From assembly GCA_963752475.1 (NCBI GenBank), contig CAVVYR010000005.1, positions 1 to 64,000 of the forward strand: a DNA stretch of 64,000 bases, in the 5' to 3' direction. Below the pieces are notes generated by a model. The model did not search any database and had not been told where the DNA came from. It worked only from the letters and a program-made list of their open reading frames with translations. The position numbers were made by a program, and so were the translations under genes. Each line of letters starts with the position of its first letter. The first letter of the stretch is position 1. Shown here in pieces: positions 19,862-29,587 of this stretch. This stretch comes from an uncultured Chloroflexia bacterium (lineage in GTDB: Bacteria; Chloroflexota; Limnocylindria; Limnocylindrales; CSP1-4).

Positions 19862-20965
19862 TCAGCCGACCGGCTCGTAGTCCGGGTAGCTGACCCCGTA
19901 CATCGACCGGAAGAACTCGTCGTACGCGACGTCGAGCTCGACGTCGGCGAAGGCTTCGGGGTTGATGTCCTTGGCGATCTTGAGCGTGGCGATCGGCTGA
20001 CGACCGGTCATGAAGTCGTAGAGGAACGGATCGTCGAGCTCGAAGACGCGTCCGTCCTGAACGGCTGAGAGCCCGCTCCAGGTGCTGAAGTCGACGCCCG
20101 CGACCTGCGCGCCGTCGATGACGTCCTGGGGGTCGATGTCTGGGTTGAACCAGAGGTAGATGACCTCGGGGTCGAGCGCCGCGATCGTCTCCATCGGCAG
20201 CTGCACAGCCTCGTCTGACTTGGCCGCGTCGTCCCAGGTCTCGATGACGTTGATGCCGCCGGCGGCGGTGATGAGGTCGTTGGCCGTAGAGACGGTGCCG
20301 GCGGTACGGAAGGGATCGCCCCACATCCAGTACACGGTAGGTCGCTCGTCCTCAGGGATGGCCGAGGAGATGCTCGTGATGTCGGCCATGGTCGACGCGA
20401 TCTGGGCCACGACCTCCTCGCCACGCACAGGATCGCCGACGATAGCGGCCATGTCCTGCGTGAGCTTGGTGAGGTCGTCGAACGAGGTCAGGAACACACC
20501 GTAGACGGGGACGCCAAGGCTGCTCTCGATGGCGGTGGTGTCCTTGTCGTCGATATCGGCCGACCACAGCACCACGAGGTCGGGGTCGGTCGCAGCCAGC
20601 GCCTCGAGGTCGACCGAGCCCTCGTCGGTGGAGACGAGCGGCGTCTCTGCGAAGTCGGGGTCGACGCTGCCGAAGAAGTCGACCTTGTAGTCGGGCTGCC
20701 AGAGCGTGCCGATGCCGGAGATACGGTCGGCACCGCCCACCGCGTAGAACGTGTTCATCGCGTTCTCCACGAGGAAGACGACGTTGTCCGCGCCCGCCGG
20801 CATCTCGATCGACTTGCCCCGGAAGTCGGTGAGGCTGACCGTGTCGCTCGGGGCGTCATCCTGCGCCGCCACCACGCCACCGCTACCGCCGACAAGACCG
20901 ATGGCCAGGGCCAGGGCCAGGCCAGACCGCGACCGGCCCGTGACCACACTGCTGCTACTTGACAT
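19862..20965 (-). CDS. Class III substrate-binding protein (iron-siderophore/cobalamin type)
   Basis: Signal peptide, TDFRGK, D.EAL...PDLV and LSAVQDGRVF; GGAGG RBS before the ATG at 20965. Confidence 0.88.
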   Translation of the reverse strand: MSSSSSVVTGRSRSGLALALAIGLVGGSGGVVAAQDDAPSDTVSLTDFRGKSIEMPAGADNVVFLVENAMNTFYAVGGADRISGIGTLWQPDYKVDFFGSVDPDFAETPLVSTDEGSVDLEALAATDPDLVVLWSADIDDKDTTAIESSLGVPVYGVFLTSFDDLTKLTQDMAAIVGDPVRGEEVVAQIASTMADITSISSAIPEDERPTVYWMWGDPFRTAGTVSTANDLITAAGGINVIETWDDAAKSDEAVQLPMETIAALDPEVIYLWFNPDIDPQDVIDGAQVAGVDFSTWSGLSAVQDGRVFELDDPFLYDFMTGRQPIATLKIAKDINPEAFADVELDVAYDEFFRSMYGVSYPDYEPVG

Positions 20966-21384
20966 GCAAGACCTCCAACACTCGCTCGATGCGGGTGGTG
21001 TCAACCGGCGTGACCGGATCGACACCCGCCGGGTCAGCCCGTGACCGGCGTCTTCGTGCAGGATACCGGCAGGTGCGAGAGACCGCTGTTGCGAAGCATT
21101 GCGATAGCGTCCGGCCACGACGTGGGCCTCCGCCACACGCTCGCCCAGCGGCGAGCCGTTGCATACCGCATCGGCGATCGCATCGCCGGCAGCCGCGGAC
21201 TCGCCGACGCAGGCTCAGGACCGACGGGCAGCCCGATAGAGGGGTCATTGCCCGTGGCGGCCCCGTGCAAGACCCTCGATGATGAGCATCGAGGGCCAGT
21301 AGCCCTACTCGAAGCGAAGCGACAAGATGCGACCCATCAGCCGCCCTCCGCCGGAGGCCCCTCGCGTCAACGCCCTACACCCCG

Positions 21385-21666
21385 TCAGACGACACCCATG
21401 TCGGCGGCATGCTCGCAGCAGAAGTGATCGTAGAGCCAGGCAGCCTGAGTCGCCTGATCGACGAGTACGACCCTCGCCATGTCGGCGGCATGCTCGCAGC
21501 AGAAGTGATCGTGTAGCCAGGCAGCCTGGGTCGCCGGATCGACGGACTGGCCAACGGCATCACTCGCGACCGTCGCTCCCGATACGAGCAGTGTCGCCGC
21601 GAGGACAAGTGCCCCACTGGCCATGAGTCGACGCGTGTGGGCTCGGGACTTCGTCCGCGTCTTCAT
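21385..21666 (-). CDS. Small secreted peptide with two His/Cys-rich repeats
   Basis: Signal peptide followed by two copies of VD(P/Q)ATQAAWL(H/Y)DHFCCEHAADM; AAGGGG RBS. Confidence 0.7.
   Translation of the reverse strand: MKTRTKSRAHTRRLMASGALVLAATLLVSGATVASDAVGQSVDPATQAAWLHDHFCCEHAADMARVVLVDQATQAAWLYDHFCCEHAADMGVV
21396..21543. repeat. Tandem repeat, two ~67-bp copies with an 81-bp (27-codon) period
   Basis: CCATGTCGGCGGCATGCTCGCAGCAGAAGTGATCGT... at 21396 and 21477. Confidence 0.9.
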
Positions 21667-21904
21667 CGGTAACCCCCTTGCCGCGTACACACGCGGCATC
21701 ACACCGGCGGGCCGGGTTCGCCAGTGGCTCAGACGCGGTCCCGGCGGCCAGGGTTTGGGCCGTGCCTCAACGCCTCCCGCTCGTGCTCCGGAGTGTCTCG
21801 CGCTGCTAGCAGGAGACACAAGAGGCAGAGGTCACGAACGCTCGCGGCGACGAGCGCCATCGGTGGCTGGCCCGGGTCGTATCGGTGCCGCAGGTCGGAG
21901 GTCG

Positions 21905-22705
21905 CTACTCTGCAGATACGTCGACAGGGTCTGGGTATCGGGGCAGCGCTCCGGGGAAGATGAGACCCTGGATCTCGGCCGAGCCGAAGGGCCCGACGCC
22001 CTCGAGAAGGGCGGAGAGCCCATCGTAGCCGCCCGTTCCGGTCAACTCGATGTGCCAGTGCCTCGTCGCTGGGCCCATGGTGGCGTAGCCGCGAAGGCTG
22101 CCGAGCCAGGATCCTTCGGCGCTGACGAGCTCGAGTGTGCCGGTGAAGGTCTCCCCTTGGTGATACTCGTACCTGGGGCCGATCATGTCGAGGTTCTTCA
22201 GCCCGTAGGCCGTGCCGTTCAGACGTGGATCGTCCGTCTCGACGGTCCACGTGAAGCCGCCACCCCGATTGGTCATGCGATCGACCTCCTGGACGACGTC
22301 CGCGCCCGCCATGGCCGGCGCCCACTCCACGCCTTCGGCGTCCTCATTCACCGTGCCGGTGACGGGCACGGGAGGCTCGTAGGTCGGCTCGGCTGAGACC
22401 GATTCAGCCGCAGGGACGGGCACCTCCTGTGGGCTCGTCGGGACACCAGCGAGCAGGAAACCGCCGAACAGCGCCACGATGACACCCGCGGCAGCGAGCT
22501 TGACTGCGGAGAACATGGAGTACCCCCTTTCCGTCGGGGGCGCCGAATCGCGGCCCCGGCGCCATCGAGTGGTGAGTGACCCGCGCGAGGACGGGGTCGC
22601 GACCGTGCGCACCATGGCCGTCACATCGACGCGACGGCCGGGCCCGGCCATGTGGTCGAGCTCGCCGGCGACCTGCCGCTCGAAGGTGGTCATCTCATCC
22701 ATCAC
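21905..22705 (-). CDS. Putative anti-sigma / membrane-anchored partner of the ECF sigma factor
   Basis: Overlaps the sigma stop codon; short N-domain, one TM helix and an extracytoplasmic beta domain. Confidence 0.65.
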   Translation of the reverse strand: MMDEMTTFERQVAGELDHMAGPGRRVDVTAMVRTVATPSSRGSLTTRWRRGRDSAPPTERGYSMFSAVKLAAAGVIVALFGGFLLAGVPTSPQEVPVPAAESVSAEPTYEPPVPVTGTVNEDAEGVEWAPAMAGADVVQEVDRMTNRGGGFTWTVETDDPRLNGTAYGLKNLDMIGPRYEYHQGETFTGTLELVSAEGSWLGSLRGYATMGPATRHWHIELTGTGGYDGLSALLEGVGPFGSAEIQGLIFPGALPRYPDPVDVSAE

Positions 22706-23241
22706 TCGAGTTCCTGTCTGAGTCGGGCGAGCAAGCGTTCGAGCCGGGTACGGGTGCCTGAGGGGCTGAGGCCCAGTGCGACCGAAAGCTCGGTGGCATT
22801 GAAGCCCGCGAGGTAGCGCATCGCCAGCAGTGCCCGCTCGTCGGCATCGAGCCGCTCGAGCGCGAGCCTTAGGTCAAGGGATGCGACGCCAGTAGTGGGA
22901 TCGACACCGCCCGCCTGATCGGCCCCTTCGAGCGAGAACTCGACACCCGAGCGTCGCCGTCGCTGCTTGAGCAGCTTCTTGGCCTCGTTCACCGCGACCG
23001 AAACGAGCCACGGACGAACCCGCTCGGGTTGCCGAAGCGTCCTGAGCTTGCGCCAGGCGATGCACCAGGCCGACTGGACTGCGTCAGCAGCGATGACCGG
23101 ATCCCGGCCGACGGCCACGCAGATGCGATACATCTCATCGTCGCAGGCAGCCACGATGCGCCCGAAGGCGACCTCGTCGCCACCGGCGGCAGACTCGACG
23201 ATCCCTGCGAGTTCGCCAGCCGTCCCTGCCATGGCCTCCAT
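22702..23241 (-). CDS. ECF RNA polymerase sigma factor
   Basis: GDEVAF, DAVQ...W, WL..VAVN (region 2); L..L..DERALL.MRY..G....E (region 4). Confidence 0.9.
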   Translation of the reverse strand: MEAMAGTAGELAGIVESAAGGDEVAFGRIVAACDDEMYRICVAVGRDPVIAADAVQSAWCIAWRKLRTLRQPERVRPWLVSVAVNEAKKLLKQRRRRSGVEFSLEGADQAGGVDPTTGVASLDLRLALERLDADERALLAMRYLAGFNATELSVALGLSPSGTRTRLERLLARLRQELE

Positions 23242-23387
23242 GTAGGTTAGATACCTACTACGGCACGAAGTGTCTCAGGCACCCGCAAGTGGTCAGTCCA
23301 TCCGGCGTGAGACGCGTGTCTCAGGCTCGTCACCCGACGCGTGGTGGTCGCTAGCTCACTTGCCCGTCCCTGCGCCTGTCCTGCGGA

Positions 23388-24149
23388 TCATGGGGTCAAG
23401 TCGAACCACTGCTGGAGAAGGCGCTCCCATTCGTCGCCCGGCTCGACAGGTCGTTCCGTCCACTCGCCGTTGCGGCGCAGCTTCAGGCTGTTCTCGAGCA
23501 GCGTCACGCGATCGGGCCCGCCGTCGAGGAGCCGTGTCGCGAAGCGCTTCTGGCGCCACTTCTGCTGCGGGTCGGTCCGCTTGCGTTCCGACACATCGAC
23601 GAAGTCGACGGCACTGAAGGCGCCTGACCCGAACCGATACTGCGGCTGGGGACCGACCGGACCGTCGAAGATGAGCGTCGTGTGCTCCGCAGCGAACTCG
23701 AAGCGGTATGCGCCCGATCCGCCATCGTGAGGGCCCGGATCGTCCAGCGGCAGCGGGCGGATGAACGAATCGCCGAAGCCGACATCGACCAGGTAGGGGC
23801 GCTCCAGCGTGACCTCGAGCGCCAGGTGCGCGAGCTCCATCGCTCCAGGCTCCAACAAGACGGTCGCCCCGAGTTGCTTGACCCGGAAGCCCAGCTCGCC
23901 GAGCAGCCAGGCGAAGGCGCCGTTGAGCTCGTAGCACCAACCGCCCCGCCCGCGGTCGACGATCTTCGGGATCGACCAGTCGAGGTCGGTGCGGACCTCC
24001 CGTCCGGCGAAGACGTCGAGGCTGTAGAACGGCACCCGCGTGAGGTGTGCCCGCTGGAGCTGTTCGAGCCCTTCGACCGTGCGCGCGACAGACTCGTCGA
24101 CCCCGATCCTTGCGAGGTAGGCCCTAGCGCGGGGCGTCGTCACGATCAA
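23388..24149 (-). CDS. Arylamine N-acetyltransferase family protein
   Basis: YLARIG, RGGWCYELNG, HLAL and YLVDVGFG (Cys-His-Asp triad). Confidence 0.92.
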   Translation of the reverse strand: MIVTTPRARAYLARIGVDESVARTVEGLEQLQRAHLTRVPFYSLDVFAGREVRTDLDWSIPKIVDRGRGGWCYELNGAFAWLLGELGFRVKQLGATVLLEPGAMELAHLALEVTLERPYLVDVGFGDSFIRPLPLDDPGPHDGGSGAYRFEFAAEHTTLIFDGPVGPQPQYRFGSGAFSAVDFVDVSERKRTDPQQKWRQKRFATRLLDGGPDRVTLLENSLKLRRNGEWTERPVEPGDEWERLLQQWFDLTP

Positions 24150-24220
24150 GTCGGTCGATCCACGGAGTCCGCATGGCGACCAGCGTAGCGCCCGGAGGTT
24201 CGGGCTGCGGACGGCGCTTG

Positions 24221-24259
24221 GAGCACCAAGATGCCAACTACTGATGCTATGGTGCTCAC
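24221..24259 (+). promoter_or_regulatory. Inverted repeat over a leaderless promoter of a TA operon
   Basis: GAGCACCA (24221) / TGGTGCTC (24250); TGC-TATGGT lies 6 nt before the ATG at 24260. Confidence 0.6.
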
Positions 24260-24514
24260 ATGAGGACTACGATCCGCATCGACGACGAGGTCTACCGCCG
24301 GGTGAAGCAGGCCGCCGACGAGTCGGACCGGACCATCGGCCAGGTCATCGAAGATGCCATCCAGCTCGCGCTCCGGCCCACAGGGAGCGACACGCCGATC
24401 ACGGTGCTCCCCGTGTACGGGGGAAGCGGGACCATGCCCGGGGTCGACCTGACATCGAACCGGTCGGTCGCTGAGGCCATGGACGAGGACGTCTCGCTCG
24501 ATGCGATGCGTTGA
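24260..24514 (+). CDS. vapB: RHH/CopG-family antitoxin
   Basis: MRTTIRIDDEVYRRVK...GVDL motif. Confidence 0.88.
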   Translation: MRTTIRIDDEVYRRVKQAADESDRTIGQVIEDAIQLALRPTGSDTPITVLPVYGGSGTMPGVDLTSNRSVAEAMDEDVSLDAMR

Positions 24515-24938
24515 TGTCAACGTCCTCGTGTACGCCCACCGGCCTGAGAGCCCGGGCCACGAGCGCTACCGAGGCTGGCTGGAACAGGTCCGACGCGACG
24601 ACGAGCCTCTCGCGCTCTCCAGCCCCGTCCTGTCCGGCTTCCTGAGGGTCGTGACCCACCACCGGGTCTTCCGGGAGCCGACACCCCGGGCGACGGCGGT
24701 CGAATTCGTCGAAGCGCTGCGATCGTCGGCGAACGCCATCTGGATCAGCCCGGGAGAGCGCCACTGGGACATCTTCATGGAGCTGTGCCGCGAGATCGAC
24801 GCCCGTGGCAATGATGTGACTGACGCGTATCACGCGGCCGTCGCGGTGGAACACGGTGCGACTTGGTACAGCGCAGATCGGGGGTTCGCCCGGTTCCGGA
24901 GTCTTCGCTGGGCTCACCCGCTCGAACCCCGCGCGTAG
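24501..24938 (+). CDS. vapC: PIN-domain toxin
   Basis: VDVNVLVYAH, DAYHAAVAVEHG and SADRGFARF. Confidence 0.92.
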   Translation: MRCVDVNVLVYAHRPESPGHERYRGWLEQVRRDDEPLALSSPVLSGFLRVVTHHRVFREPTPRATAVEFVEALRSSANAIWISPGERHWDIFMELCREIDARGNDVTDAYHAAVAVEHGATWYSADRGFARFRSLRWAHPLEPRA

Positions 24939-25522
24939 GCCCGACCGCGAAGTCGGGTACTTCAGGTCGGATGGTTGGCCGAGAGGGCCGAGGAGTGAGC
25001 GCGAGTTGCCCTGGCGGGCCGTCGGCTACCGCTCACTCATCGGTGCGGTCGTCCTGCTCCCCATCGCTGCGTTCCTCTCCCGGGTCGGCGAGGGCTTCGA
25101 CTGGACGACTCGAATCGTGACCGCGGTGACCGTCCTGCAGGGGATCCTCGTGACCCAGGCCCTGTCGGCCCCGCCTGCCGCACCGAGCGCCGGCCCGACT
25201 CCCGGCCAGCGCTCGGGTATGACCGCCGGCCAGGTGTAGGCATTCGCTAGAAAGGCACTGACGGCCCAGGCGAGGGTCAGGCAGCTGGACTCCCCGGGCC
25301 AGCGGCCCACGACCTTCGTGCGTCGTCGGACCTCGCGCGCGAGCGCCCGAGCAGGTACGTCGAGCGCAGGCGGCGGCCGAGGTGGCCCGAGCCCACGACT
25401 GGAACGTCGAGCTGCTCTTCCGCGACGTCTATGGTATCGGTGGCGAGCGATACCGCCTGCGCACCTGGGTCGAGCTGGCGCGGCGGGTGTTCGACACATA
25501 GCCGATCGATGGGAGGACCCCG

Positions 25523-26614
25523 ATGAACGCACGTGAGCGAGTACTGACCACGTTCAGGCGAGACGGTGTGCCAGACCGGGTACCGGTACAGTTCGATCTG
25601 TGCCGCACGCTGCTGGAGGCGTTCGGGGAGAAGCACGGCATCCCGGTCCACTACACCAAGTCCTACTTCGACGACCTGACCTACCGCATCTCGGCCAACG
25701 AGCTACGCACGGCCATGGGCAGCGACGTCGTCATCGTCGGTGGTGGCCTGCCCAGCGGCTACGGCCACGAAGTACCGCAGGAAGGGCGGTTCATCGACGA
25801 GTTCGGCCTACTCATGGAGCGAGGTCCGCTGTACTTGCAGGCGGTCGAGGCCCCGCTCAGCGGCACCACCAGCGTCCAGGACGTCAGAGACCATCCCCTC
25901 CCCGATCCGTACGCGCCGGGCCGGTTCGATGATGCCCGCGAGATCACGCGGCGGTTCAAGGACGACTACGCCGTCGTTGGCGACGTCGAGTGGGGCCTGT
26001 TCGAGATGTCGTGGTTCCTCACCGGCATGGAGAAGTTCCTGTTCGACATGTCCATGGGCGAGGCCTATGTCGAGGTACTCATCGACCGCCTGATGGGTTG
26101 GAGCATCGGGATCGCGAAGCAGTTGGTGGACGTCGGGGTGGACGTGCTCTGGTTCGGCGACGACTTCGGCGCCCAGAATGGCATGCTCATCTCACCCGAC
26201 ATGTGGCGAAGGCTCTTCAAGCCCCGCTACGCCGAGATGTGGCAGGAGGTCAAGTCCCAGAACCCGGAGATCATCATCGCGTACCACTGCGACGGAGCCG
26301 TGTCGCCCATCCTCGGCGACCTGGCGGACATCGGCATGCAGGTCTTCAACCCGGTCCAGCCCAACGTGCCCGGCCATGAGCCGCAGGAGCTGAAGGACCG
26401 GTTCGGCGACCGCATCGCCTTCTGGGGTGCCATCGACCAGCAGGACCTGCTGCCCCACGGACCGGCCGAAGCGATCAAGGCCGCTGTGGCCGAACGCATG
26501 CGGATCCTGGGCGAAGATGGTGGCTACCTCTGCTCACCGGCCCACATCATCCAGGCCGATACCTCGATGGACCACGTGGAGACCTTCATCGCCGCGGTCC
26601 GCGACCCAGGCTGA
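25523..26614 (+). CDS. Uroporphyrinogen decarboxylase-family (URO-D/MtaA-like) protein
   Basis: MNARERV...PDRVP, GDDFG.Q, YHCDG, FWGAIDQQ and PAHIIQ. Confidence 0.88.
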   Translation: MNARERVLTTFRRDGVPDRVPVQFDLCRTLLEAFGEKHGIPVHYTKSYFDDLTYRISANELRTAMGSDVVIVGGGLPSGYGHEVPQEGRFIDEFGLLMERGPLYLQAVEAPLSGTTSVQDVRDHPLPDPYAPGRFDDAREITRRFKDDYAVVGDVEWGLFEMSWFLTGMEKFLFDMSMGEAYVEVLIDRLMGWSIGIAKQLVDVGVDVLWFGDDFGAQNGMLISPDMWRRLFKPRYAEMWQEVKSQNPEIIIAYHCDGAVSPILGDLADIGMQVFNPVQPNVPGHEPQELKDRFGDRIAFWGAIDQQDLLPHGPAEAIKAAVAERMRILGEDGGYLCSPAHIIQADTSMDHVETFIAAVRDPG

Positions 26615-26726
26615 TCATCCTCCGAGCCATGCCACGGCTGGGCCGATGACCTACGCCCTCGCGGCCATGCTGGGAGCCACGTCAAGCGCCAGCCGGATGC
26701 GGATGAGGGCGTGCCGGTGCAGTGGC

Positions 26727-27128
26727 CTAGACCTCGGCAGTCAAGCGGGTCAACCCGGGCATCGCGTCGAAACCGCGGTCGAACGTCAGGATGCGAGTGA
26801 TCCCGTGCCGACGCATGACCGCGGCGTGCACCGCGTCGCGGGCCGATAGCGACGTTCGCTCCAGGAGCGTTTGCGCACCCAAGACGTCAGAGCGCTCGAT
26901 CGGGAGCACGGAATCGACGACACCCAGGATGGCCGACATGGCGTCCGCGATGGCCTCGCGCCGGCCGATGGCCGCGTAGCGATGCAGGATCTCCTGTAGC
27001 ACCTCGGCGTCGGTAGTCAGGAACTCCCCATCGGCCACAGCCTGGCTCAGCAACCACTGCGAGCGATCCTTGTTCGGGTGTGCCGCTCCCACCAGGTACA
27101 TGGGGATGTTCGAGTCGACGAATATCAA
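26727..27128 (-). CDS. vapC: PIN-domain toxin
   Basis: [27 protein letters not shown] and TFDRGFD; TTG start overlaps the antitoxin stop. Confidence 0.9.
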   Translation of the reverse strand: MIFVDSNIPMYLVGAAHPNKDRSQWLLSQAVADGEFLTTDAEVLQEILHRYAAIGRREAIADAMSAILGVVDSVLPIERSDVLGAQTLLERTSLSARDAVHAAVMRRHGITRILTFDRGFDAMPGLTRLTAEV

Positions 27129-27382
27129 GGTGCGCTCGTGTCCCCGTAGCCCCGCTCGATCTCGGCGAGCATCTGGTCGATCTCCGCGGTTGGATGCGTG
27201 TGCTCCACGGCCTCGCGGATCGCCTGCAGCTTCCGGCGTGCGTCGGGCCGACTGGAAGTATCGCGCGCAGCCCGAAGGGCATCGCGCACCCACGCGGCCG
27301 TCGTCTGGTGGCGCCGCCGCGCGAGGGCCTGGATCTCGGCTAGCTCGTCCTCGTCGAGCAGCACCTGGAGTCGCTTGCTCAT
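27125..27382 (-). CDS. vapB: Antitoxin (RHH-like)
   Basis: [11 protein letters not shown]...WVRDALR...[12 protein letters not shown]; directly upstream of vapC. Confidence 0.85.
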   Translation of the reverse strand: MSKRLQVLLDEDELAEIQALARRRHQTTAAWVRDALRAARDTSSRPDARRKLQAIREAVEHTHPTAEIDQMLAEIERGYGDTSAP

Positions 27383-27417
27383 AGCCTGAGCCTATTTGAC
27401 TCATCTACATGAGTCAA
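27383..27417 (-). promoter_or_regulatory. Leaderless sigma70 promoter with overlapping operator
   Basis: Minus strand TTGACT-N17-TAGGCT-N6-ATG; perfect inverted repeat TTGACTCAT-N4-ATGAGTCAA (27396-27417). Confidence 0.75.
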
Positions 27418-27872
27418 GGCGTGCCTTCGCGGTGCGGCCCTTCGGGCCAACCACGTTCGAGATAGCGGATGGATCGCCACGTGCGGCTCACCCAATCGTG
27501 GTCGTCGCCGGTGACCGTGGCCAGCAGCAGGTGGCCGTCCACGGCCAGCAATCCAGACACGGCGCGTGAGGCGACCGACGACGGGTCGGCCTCCGCCTCG
27601 ACCGCCCAGCCGGCAAGACCTTTCGGCAGGATCTCGACTCGGTTCCCCTCTGGGGGTGGCATCTGCTCTACGAGCGACGCCGCAGGCACAGGTCCGTGCT
27701 CGTCGTGCACCACAATGCTGGTCAGCGAGACCGATCGTTCGCTGTCCCGCGCGTGCCAGTAGCCCGCGCCTTCCTCCACGTAGGTCTCCTCGAACGCGGG
27801 CGGGATAGCGACCGACCAGTGGGGAAACACCTGCCGCACGATGGCGATCCGTTCACGGGCGTCGGTATCCAT
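27414..27872 (-). CDS. Hypothetical protein
   Basis: Plausible ORF; TACGTT lies 6 nt before the ATG. Confidence 0.6.
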   Translation of the reverse strand: MDTDARERIAIVRQVFPHWSVAIPPAFEETYVEEGAGYWHARDSERSVSLTSIVVHDEHGPVPAASLVEQMPPPEGNRVEILPKGLAGWAVEAEADPSSVASRAVSGLLAVDGHLLLATVTGDDHDWVSRTWRSIRYLERGWPEGPHREGTP

Positions 27873-28123
27873 CGACAGAACGTAGCCGGGGCCACTTGCC
27901 CGACACGTATCGCGGCCTTGGCCAGGCCTTATCGACATAGCCAGGCCAACGGCATCGGCTGGTCGATCGAGATGCGCCTCGAGAGCCTCGGACGCGGTCA
28001 GGGCCCCGTGCTGATCTCGCTCGCGAGCCGCGTCGCGCCCATGGTCTTCGCATCCATGTCGAGCTCTTGGCCACTTGCCCGTGTCCTACGCCGAGCGGTG
28101 CACGACGCAGAGGGCGGCGGAGG

Positions 28124-28513
28124 CTACGGCTCGTTCGCGCCCTCCCCGACGGCTATGAGGTTGCCTTCCGAATCATGGAACCAGGCACCCCGGAAGTCGC
28201 CGATCTGCGCAATCGATGTATCGGGGTCGTAGCCCTCCACGTCAACCGCCTCGAAGCGCACACCGCGTTCCCTGAGCTCGCGCATCTCCCGATCGAGGTC
28301 ATCGACGCGGAACGTGAGCTGGGTGTGGTTGCCCGACGGCTGGCCACTCGAAGGGAAGAGGAGGAACTCATTCCCGTTGCCGGCCTTGTAGGACACTCCC
28401 TCGTCGGTGGCGTGGGTGGCCTGGAAGCCGAGCGTGTCCTCGTAGAACGTCCGAGCCCGCGCGATATCGCTGGCCGGAAGCGTGGCGAAGTCCTGTTGCT
28501 GGTTCAGCATCAT
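28124..28513 (-). CDS. VOC/glyoxalase family protein
   Basis: ATLPASDIARARTFY...LG, F.VDDLD and AWFHDSEGNLI. Confidence 0.9.
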   Translation of the reverse strand: MMLNQQQDFATLPASDIARARTFYEDTLGFQATHATDEGVSYKAGNGNEFLLFPSSGQPSGNHTQLTFRVDDLDREMRELRERGVRFEAVDVEGYDPDTSIAQIGDFRGAWFHDSEGNLIAVGEGANEP

Positions 28514-28647
28514 TCATGCTCCTTCTGCTTGTCCGGGGCCCGCTGGCGAGCTCCCTTGCGTGCGGACGCCACGCTGGGGCGCCCGCCATCGATGCGGTGA
28601 CAGACCGCCGTGCGTCAAGGCCTCGGCGGTATCACGGCGCCCACTCG

Positions 28648-29220
28648 TCAGGCGCCGGCAGCTGTCCGCGGCTCGAGTACGAGCCGGTCGACGACGATGC
28701 TTGGCTCGCCCTCCCAGCGCCCGAACAAGCCGTCGTGCAGCACGATGTCGAGCTCGTCGGCCATCTGCTCCCGGTCGAACTCGTCCACCACGCCGGTGAA
28801 GCGCACTTCATCCTCGTCGCCGACGAGGCCAGAGAGGGCGAACGGCACCGTGGGGGACGTGGGGTAGCCGCTTACGAAGGCGGTCGAGCGGATGACCAGC
28901 AGCAGCTCGTCGGTTGCCTCGCCCTGGACCACGAGCGTGCGGTCGGTCAAGAGCTCCTTCACCTCGCCGTCGCTCGCGACCCGATCGCCCTCGAACGTGG
29001 CCGGCTCATCGACGATCTGGGCCACGCTCGCATCTGCCGGCGGGCTACCGCTCGAGCCGCCCACGACCGCGACTGCGCCAATGGCAATCAAAGCGCCGAT
29101 GCCAAGGGCGATGAGCGCGTTACGGCCTCGGCCGGGTGGCTCCGTCCAGTCTCGGGGATCCCAGTCCGTGCCCCGGTCACGATCCTGGGTACGGGTTGGC
29201 CTGTTCATCGAGAAAGACAT
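28648..29220 (-). CDS. Membrane-anchored hypothetical protein
   Basis: Single TM helix followed by an acidic beta-rich domain; GAGG RBS. Confidence 0.65.
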   Translation of the reverse strand: MSFSMNRPTRTQDRDRGTDWDPRDWTEPPGRGRNALIALGIGALIAIGAVAVVGGSSGSPPADASVAQIVDEPATFEGDRVASDGEVKELLTDRTLVVQGEATDELLLVIRSTAFVSGYPTSPTVPFALSGLVGDEDEVRFTGVVDEFDREQMADELDIVLHDGLFGRWEGEPSIVVDRLVLEPRTAAGA

Positions 29221-29587
29221 GGTCGATACCTCGTCTGTCGTTGGGGTAGGTTCGGTGGCCCGGCGCAGGTGCTGGGGCATCTGCAGGGCCGACGTCGGAC
29301 AGGCTCGGGCGTTGCGCCTAACGATTGCGCGGCCATAAGCACGGATAGGCTTGGAGCGAGATATCAAGGCGCTCGGCCACGGGTCCTGACACGATGGCCA
29401 AGCAGCTGCTCTACGACGAAATCACTCGTCGTTCGCTCAAGTACGGCTGACCGACGCGGCACCTGGCCGGATATGCTTCACTCTGGGCTTCGGCCGAGCG
29501 TCGACGACGAACGCTGGGTGGCTAGCCAGTGGCGGCGACGACTCATGATAGGCCCCGTCATCTCTGCACGAAGGAGGCAACACGCTC

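Noticed and set aside
20966-21384. Cobalamin riboswitch upstream of the BtuCDF-like operon
   Set aside because: No recognisable GGGAA, GCCACTG or B12-box elements on the minus strand; an Infernal search against RF00174 would settle it.
21396-21543. CRISPR array
   Set aside because: Only two units, an in-frame 81-bp period inside a coding sequence, and no cas genes.
24990-25239. Small hydrophobic ORF after vapC
   Set aside because: No clear start, RBS or family signature.
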